In this document: piece after piece, positions 58,833 through 64,000 of the stretch
How the letters are laid out: the number at the start of each line of letters is the position of its first letter
Numbering within the stretch: position 1 is the first letter of the stretch
Assembly (NCBI GenBank): GCA_964616075.1
Contig: CAZTRA010000001.1
Coordinates: 49,599 to 113,598, forward strand
From: an uncultured Candidatus Saccharibacteria bacterium
GTDB lineage: Bacteria > Patescibacteriota > Minisyncoccia > Phycocordibacterales > DSPV01
DNA: 64,000 nucleotides
Reading direction: 5' to 3'
Position numbers and translations under genes: made by a program
The notes under the pieces: model-generated
What the model saw: the letters and a program-made list of their open reading frames with translations, nothing else
Told to the model about the DNA's origin: nothing
Database searches by the model: none

Positions 58833-59624
58833 CTACACTTCTTTTGATTCCTTTTTATGCTGCGCAAACCCCGTAAATGCTTTCATCACCTCAAGCGGCA
58901 CGGTAAAAACAACCGTATTTGATTCATCTGATGAAATATCATTAATTGATTGCAATGTACGTAAATGCAACGCACCCTCAGATGCAGCCAGAATCTTCGC
59001 AGCTTCTGAAATATTCTGTGCAGCCCCAAGTTCACCCTCAGAGTTGATAATCACCGCGCGCTTCTCGCGCTCAGCCTCAGCCTGCTTTGCAATCGTACGT
59101 TCCATGGTTTCTGGTAACGAAACATCTTTAAGTTCAACATTGTTAACTTTGATACCCCAGGGATCAGTCTCCTTATCCACAATGTCACGAATACGATCAG
59201 CGATCTTATCACGGCTACCAAGTAAATCATCAAGCGTCACCTCACCGACAATATTACGCATCGTTGTTTGTGCGTACTGAGAAATCGCGTACTGAAAATT
59301 TTCAACCTCAAGCACTGCCTTATCCGCAGCTGATACGCGATAGTAAATAACAGCATTTACTGTGACGGGCACATTATCTTTAGTAATCGCCCGCTGATCT
59401 GGTACATCTACTGCCTTAATACGCATATCTACTTTCATATACGACTGAATGATAGGCACCACCAGTCGCCATCCAGGATTCATGATGGCGGTAAATCGCC
59501 CAAACGTAAAACGCACACCACGCTCGTACTGATTAATTTGTCGAATACTCACCACCAAGATAACTGTCACAATCGTCACCAAAGGAAGCATTGCATCACT
59601 GATACCCATAACTAGAAAGGTCAT
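58833..59624 (-). CDS. SPFH/stomatin-like (slipin) protein
   Basis: QYERGV.F.FG, ITKDNV, AQTTMR and QAEAEREKRA. Confidence 0.92.
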   Translation of the reverse strand: MTFLVMGISDAMLPLVTIVTVILVVSIRQINQYERGVRFTFGRFTAIMNPGWRLVVPIIQSYMKVDMRIKAVDVPDQRAITKDNVPVTVNAVIYYRVSAADKAVLEVENFQYAISQYAQTTMRNIVGEVTLDDLLGSRDKIADRIRDIVDKETDPWGIKVNNVELKDVSLPETMERTIAKQAEAEREKRAVIINSEGELGAAQNISEAAKILAASEGALHLRTLQSINDISSDESNTVVFTVPLEVMKAFTGFAQHKKESKEV

Positions 59625-59732
59625 TGAATAATACTGCTAGTGTATCAACACTACACCATGATGCAATGCGTCACCGCACCCACGCACTACACACACCTCT
59701 GTACACGACCAAAAGTGATATACTATACACAC

Positions 59733-60701
59733 ATGGAAAACAAACCAAAGACAACGCCTAGGGACTTCTTTTTACACCTTGGTGCTATCGCCGCCCTCTA
59801 TGTGAGCGCCGCGAGTTTTATCGGACTTATCTTTCAACTTATCAACCGTCTCTTCCCGGACCCGACGACCTACTATTATGACTATGGAAATTACTATTCT
59901 TCGGGTATCCGTCTTGCGATTGCTGCACTCATCATCGCGGTCCCACTCTACCTCTACCTAACTCGCATGATTAATAGAGACATGGCAGCACGGCCAGAAC
60001 ATGCTGAGCTATCAGTTCGTAAGTGGCTCACCTACCTCACACTCTTTGCTGCCGGACTTACTGTCGCGATTGACCTTATCGTGGTTATCAACTCATTTCT
60101 AGCAGGCGAACTCACCCTACGTTTTATTCTAAAAATTATTACTGTCCTCGCGGTAGCAGCAGCCATATTCTCTTATTACCATTTTGATTTGAGGCGCGAT
60201 AAAACCATACTCCAACCACGACTCAGGATTATTGCCTGGGCTACCATCGCTGTGGTAGCACTCTCAATCATCGGCAGCTTCTTGGTGATTGGGTCACCAC
60301 TCAACGCTCGCAACGCAAAGCTCGACGACAATCGTATCTCTGATCTCCAAAACATCCAATGGCAGATTGTTGAATTTTGGCAAAAAAAAGAAAAGCTCCC
60401 AGCAACTCTAGACGAGCTTAATGACCCTATTTCGGGTTACGTAACACCGAAAGACCCGGCCAATGAAGCGGCCTATGAGTACAAAACAACGGGTCCGCGT
60501 TCATTTGAACTATGTGCTACCTTTTCTTCCAAAACAAAAACAGATAATAAAACATTCCCAATAAACGCTGACCCCTATACGAAAAGTAATGAAAACTGGA
60601 TACACGAAGAAGGCCGTTACTGCTTCGCACGTACTATTGATCCTGAACGTTATCCTCCGTACAAAACCACCGAGTCACCAAACACACGGCCAATCTTTTA
60701 G
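59733..60701 (+). CDS. DUF5671-like membrane protein
   Basis: PRDFFLHL, RKWLTYLTLF, GELTLRF and a C-terminal pilin-like DP...YEY...FELCATF segment. Confidence 0.75.
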   Translation: MENKPKTTPRDFFLHLGAIAALYVSAASFIGLIFQLINRLFPDPTTYYYDYGNYYSSGIRLAIAALIIAVPLYLYLTRMINRDMAARPEHAELSVRKWLTYLTLFAAGLTVAIDLIVVINSFLAGELTLRFILKIITVLAVAAAIFSYYHFDLRRDKTILQPRLRIIAWATIAVVALSIIGSFLVIGSPLNARNAKLDDNRISDLQNIQWQIVEFWQKKEKLPATLDELNDPISGYVTPKDPANEAAYEYKTTGPRSFELCATFSSKTKTDNKTFPINADPYTKSNENWIHEEGRYCFARTIDPERYPPYKTTESPNTRPIF

Positions 60702-60766
60702 TCTGCCAAAATCATACGTGCGCATGGATACAAAGATGCATATCAAAATCACAAACTAGGCAAAGC

Positions 60767-60794
60767 AAAAGCGGACATGTGTATGTCCGCTTTT
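60767..60794. terminator. bidirectional terminator
   Basis: AAAAGCGGACAT-GTGT-ATGTCCGCTTTT. Confidence 0.75.
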
Positions 60795-60812
60795 CTAAAC
60801 CTTAATAAACCT

Positions 60813-61337
60813 TTACACGATCCCTTGAAACATTTTTGCCGCAATAATACCAACCATGAGTGCCACGCCACCTACCGCTACCATACGCAAAGCACTCTTC
60901 AATACACTTACATTAGACAATCGGGCATTTCCTGCACCAAGCAAAAATAACCCACAAAAAGATATACCGATTGACGCCCAAAACGCTTGCGCGACCGAAA
61001 ACAGTAGATACGGCACAAGCACCAAAAAACCAGCAATAAAATAGGCAAGGAACATCACTATACTATTTAGCAACGGCCCACTCACGTGAACACCATGAGG
61101 TTTTTCATAATCTTCAGCAGATGATTCAGAAAGAAATTCACCAGCCCCCATTGAAAACGCCTCAACAAAAATAAGGACTACACCAGACAGAATCACCGCA
61201 TTCCGAGGCATATCACCTATCGCGACACCTGAAAGTAATCCCACTGTTGAAACTATACTGTCTTCAACACCAAACACAAATGCTCGTATCAATGAAGCTC
61301 TAACGCTGCGAGACCATTTTAAAAAAGACATAGACAC
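60813..61337 (-). CDS. VIT1/CCC1 family metal transporter
   Basis: VFGVEDSIVST and AFSMGAGEFLS. Confidence 0.85.
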   Translation of the reverse strand: MSMSFLKWSRSVRASLIRAFVFGVEDSIVSTVGLLSGVAIGDMPRNAVILSGVVLIFVEAFSMGAGEFLSESSAEDYEKPHGVHVSGPLLNSIVMFLAYFIAGFLVLVPYLLFSVAQAFWASIGISFCGLFLLGAGNARLSNVSVLKSALRMVAVGGVALMVGIIAAKMFQGIV

Positions 61338-61413
61338 CCTGTAGTATACAACTACCCATCCATACCGTTATACACAAAAAATCTAGGTTTTCTTAATAAA
61401 CATGAGATGTTGT

Positions 61414-61998
61414 TCAAGCGACATTATTTTTCTGTCGTCGAGACTCTTTGTATCGAAAAAACATAGTACCCAGATAGCCAGTACAAAAACCAATGAGTGC
61501 CCCACCTACAATATCAGTCGGATAATGTACCCCGGCTATCACGCGTGCGATACCAACCATCACAGAAAAAAACGCGAGAATTGCAGCAGCATTCCGATTA
61601 AAACGATACGCTGCTCCCACAAGTGCAAACAGTACAACCGCATGACCTGATGGAAACGACCATGCCGGAACTGTAAACAAATAGGGCGTATCGAGTGTTA
61701 CATACGGACGCGCACGCTCAAACGCGCCTTGCAAAACAAATACCACCGCACGCGCCAACACCACAGCCACACATGCAATCTTTAACGCCTCCACTTCTGC
61801 CAAACCAAGATTCAATACCTCAAGCCCGTTTGTTTTCCTATAGAGTGAAACGCCTACCACCACCAAAAAAAGAAGACCGATGAGTACTGGCAAGGCTGAA
61901 GCAGTAAACACAATAAAGTTATCACCAAAAAACGAACGCCCGACAAAGCCGTTCAGATAAGAAAAAATGACAACGTCCAATGCGTACAACACACTCAC
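61414..61998 (-). CDS. PAP2-family phosphatase (undecaprenyl-PP phosphatase-like)
   Basis: RARP, SFPSGHA and ARVIAGVHYPTD. Confidence 0.88.
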   Translation of the reverse strand: MSVLYALDVVIFSYLNGFVGRSFFGDNFIVFTASALPVLIGLLFLVVVGVSLYRKTNGLEVLNLGLAEVEALKIACVAVVLARAVVFVLQGAFERARPYVTLDTPYLFTVPAWSFPSGHAVVLFALVGAAYRFNRNAAAILAFFSVMVGIARVIAGVHYPTDIVGGALIGFCTGYLGTMFFRYKESRRQKNNVA

Positions 61999-62019
61999 TA
62001 GTATACCCGAAATAAAAAA

Positions 62020-62880
62020 TTACAAATGCAATTTACGTAAGTAGGCTCGAAATGCAGGGCCCGTCTCAGGATGAGCTAGCCCATGCGCAACCGTCGCCTC
62101 AAGCAATCCAAGCTTACTTCCGCAATCAAATCGTGTCCCCTCAAATTCGTACGCATACACCTCTCCCCCCTTCCGTACATACGCATCAAACGCATTCGCC
62201 AAACGAATCTCTCCTTTTACTTTCACATGTCGCAGTGTCTCCATTATTTCTGGAGTAACGATATACTTACCTACCGCCGCTAATCGTGATGATGTACGCT
62301 CAGGGGCGGGCTTCTCTATAAATGACGTGACTTTAGTGATCCGTGCCGCAACTTTTTTCCCTGCCATAATACCGTATTGCGACACATCTTTTTTGGGAAC
62401 CGGCCACGCGGCAATCACAGGAGCACGATACTGTTCGTACACATCCATCAGCTGTCGCAGACAAGGTATTTTTGATACAACCAAATCATCACCAAACATG
62501 ATCGCACACGGCTCATCGCCAATAAGATGAGCTGCTGAAAGAATTGCATCACCATCACCCCGCGGCTCTTTCTGTCGCACATACGAGAACTTTGCGGCAT
62601 CACTGATCGCGCGCACCTTGGCGACCTCATCATGCTTACCCTTCGCACGCAGCGCCGCCTCAAGCTCAGGGGCATAATCAAAATGGTCTTCAAGCGCACG
62701 CTTATTCTTGCCAGTAATGAAAATAATCTCCTCGATACCAGATGCAACCGCCTCCTCCACGAGAAGCTGTACTACCGGTTTATCAACGACAGGCAACATT
62801 TCCTTCGGCTGTGCCTTCACGGCCGGCAAGAAACGAGTACCAAGTCCTGCAACCGGAAATAATGCCTTTCGTATGCGCAT
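62020..62880 (-). CDS. galU: UTP--glucose-1-phosphate uridylyltransferase
   Basis: PVAGLGTRFLPA.KA.PKEMLPVVDKP, IEKP and RFDCGSKLG. Confidence 0.93.
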   Translation of the reverse strand: MRIRKALFPVAGLGTRFLPAVKAQPKEMLPVVDKPVVQLLVEEAVASGIEEIIFITGKNKRALEDHFDYAPELEAALRAKGKHDEVAKVRAISDAAKFSYVRQKEPRGDGDAILSAAHLIGDEPCAIMFGDDLVVSKIPCLRQLMDVYEQYRAPVIAAWPVPKKDVSQYGIMAGKKVAARITKVTSFIEKPAPERTSSRLAAVGKYIVTPEIMETLRHVKVKGEIRLANAFDAYVRKGGEVYAYEFEGTRFDCGSKLGLLEATVAHGLAHPETGPAFRAYLRKLHL

Positions 62881-62886
62881 TGAAAA

Positions 62887-63186
62887 TTATTTTACAACAG
62901 CGGACTTCTTGTCTTCTTTTGGAGCCTTCGGATATGCGCCGTGAGTTGCTGCGGGAGCAGTCATTTTGCGTTCCTTCTTTTCGGGAGCCTTTACTACCCC
63001 CAACGGATAAAGAAAATCAAAACGCGACATATGAGAACTGACAACCATCGCTCGTGCCACAATCTTTTCTTTTTCCTGTTCTGACGCAGCTACCTTATAC
63101 GAGGCACGTAATTTTGCTAATTTAGCACGCGTACGATGACCTTTTTTAATATTTGACGCACGTTTCGTGTCACTCACTTTACTCAT
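62887..63186 (-). CDS. small basic hypothetical protein
   Basis: Lys/Arg-rich 99-aa ORF upstream of galU. Confidence 0.6.
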   Translation of the reverse strand: MSKVSDTKRASNIKKGHRTRAKLAKLRASYKVAASEQEKEKIVARAMVVSSHMSRFDFLYPLGVVKAPEKKERKMTAPAATHGAYPKAPKEDKKSAVVK

Positions 63187-63381
63187 AGAAATATTGCAAT
63201 TAATTGATAGCGCTATTCTATCCTGATCACAAAAAAAAGGATATTGACCATATACAGAAATAGTCGTCAAAAAGGTTTAACGTAGCCGCGATATTTCTAC
63301 CTATACATACATAAAAATAACCTTATGCTAGATGCTTCTTTTTTCTTATTCTTCTTATTTTGTGCTATCGTGTGAACGCGA

Positions 63382-63452
63382 CGGGCTGTAGTATAGTGGT
63401 AGTATATGCCCATGGGGTGGGTAAGGTCCGGGTTCGATTCCCGGCAGCCCGA
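63382..63452 (+). tRNA. tRNA-Pro (GGG)
   Basis: CGGGCTG/CAGCCCG acceptor stem, TGCCC-ATGGGGT-GGGTA anticodon arm, GTTCGAT T-loop. CCA is not encoded. Confidence 0.92.
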
Positions 63453-63506
63453 CATGTCGTCGCTTCCTCCTAAAGGATAAAACTATCTGTTTCCTTCACG
63501 GCGTTT

Positions 63507-64000
63507 TTAATCATGCCTGTATAAAAACTTGTCCTGACCATTGAGATACCCTGTACCCAGGGTAAACACGAGGAGCCCACACAATACCACCAGTGCCGCA
63601 GACAAGAGCGCGACCGACGGTCCAACAAACTGCCACACAAACCCTCCCGCAATACCGGCAAGCATTGCCCCTACTCCAATAGCTGCATTAAAATATCCAA
63701 ATGCTGCTCCTCGATGATCAGGGTCGGTATGTATTGCGGTGTAGGCACGCTGCACACCACCTGTGAGTGCTGCAAAAAATCCAAGAACCAAAAAACCAAA
63801 AAATACAGCGGACGGCGTTTCCACAACACCGATAATAAGGTATGCAATCAACAAAATAATATATCCCGCCACAATCACCTTTTCTGGTCCAATTCGATCA
63901 GCCACCTTCCCTGCCGGCATACTCAATAATGCGTAAGAAAGATTATATACGGTATAGACGAGCGGAATAAACGCAATGGACATGCCAGTTGCAGGTACCG
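63507..64000 (-). CDS. MFS transporter, 3' part (runs off the window)
   Basis: PAGKVADRIG motif A, RGAAFG.FN and multiple TMs. Confidence 0.85.
   Translation of the reverse strand, partial: VPATGMSIAFIPLVYTVYNLSYALLSMPAGKVADRIGPEKVIVAGYIILLIAYLIIGVVETPSAVFFGFLVLGFFAALTGGVQRAYTAIHTDPDHRGAAFGYFNAAIGVGAMLAGIAGGFVWQFVGPSVALLSAALVVLCGLLVFTLGTGYLNGQDKFLYRHD

Overview
This 64 kb window looks like chromosome from a Patescibacteria/CPR bacterium, probably Parcubacteria (inferred from short ProS, L9 present, CPR-style orphan proteins and degenerate PriA/HolB). Positions 1-44.5 kb and 58-64 kb are mostly housekeeping: ribosomal proteins, cysS/lysS/proS, dnaB/recR/priA, a reduced dcw cluster, an mreBC-pbp2 operon plus a second mreB, murA, def/fmt, ndh and galU. 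There are three tRNAs: Glu-CTC, Asn-GTT and Pro-GGG. An accessory region from about 44.6 to 58 kb ends at tRNA-Asn. It holds an HTH / Type III Mod / Type III Res / PHP-ABC-ATPase defence operon whose ATPase motifs are non-canonical. It also holds two relics of a probable large serine recombinase whose reading frame runs through the att core into the tRNA, and two to four stranded in-frame tails that suggest stacked integrations at one site. Other notable features are two orphan genes resembling CPR diversity-generating retroelement (DGR) targets, with no RT or template repeat recognised in the window, and two expression architectures: apparently leaderless core genes versus self-contained orphan cassettes with TTGAC promoter, SD and terminator. 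All family assignments come from motif recognition by eye; no searches were run.
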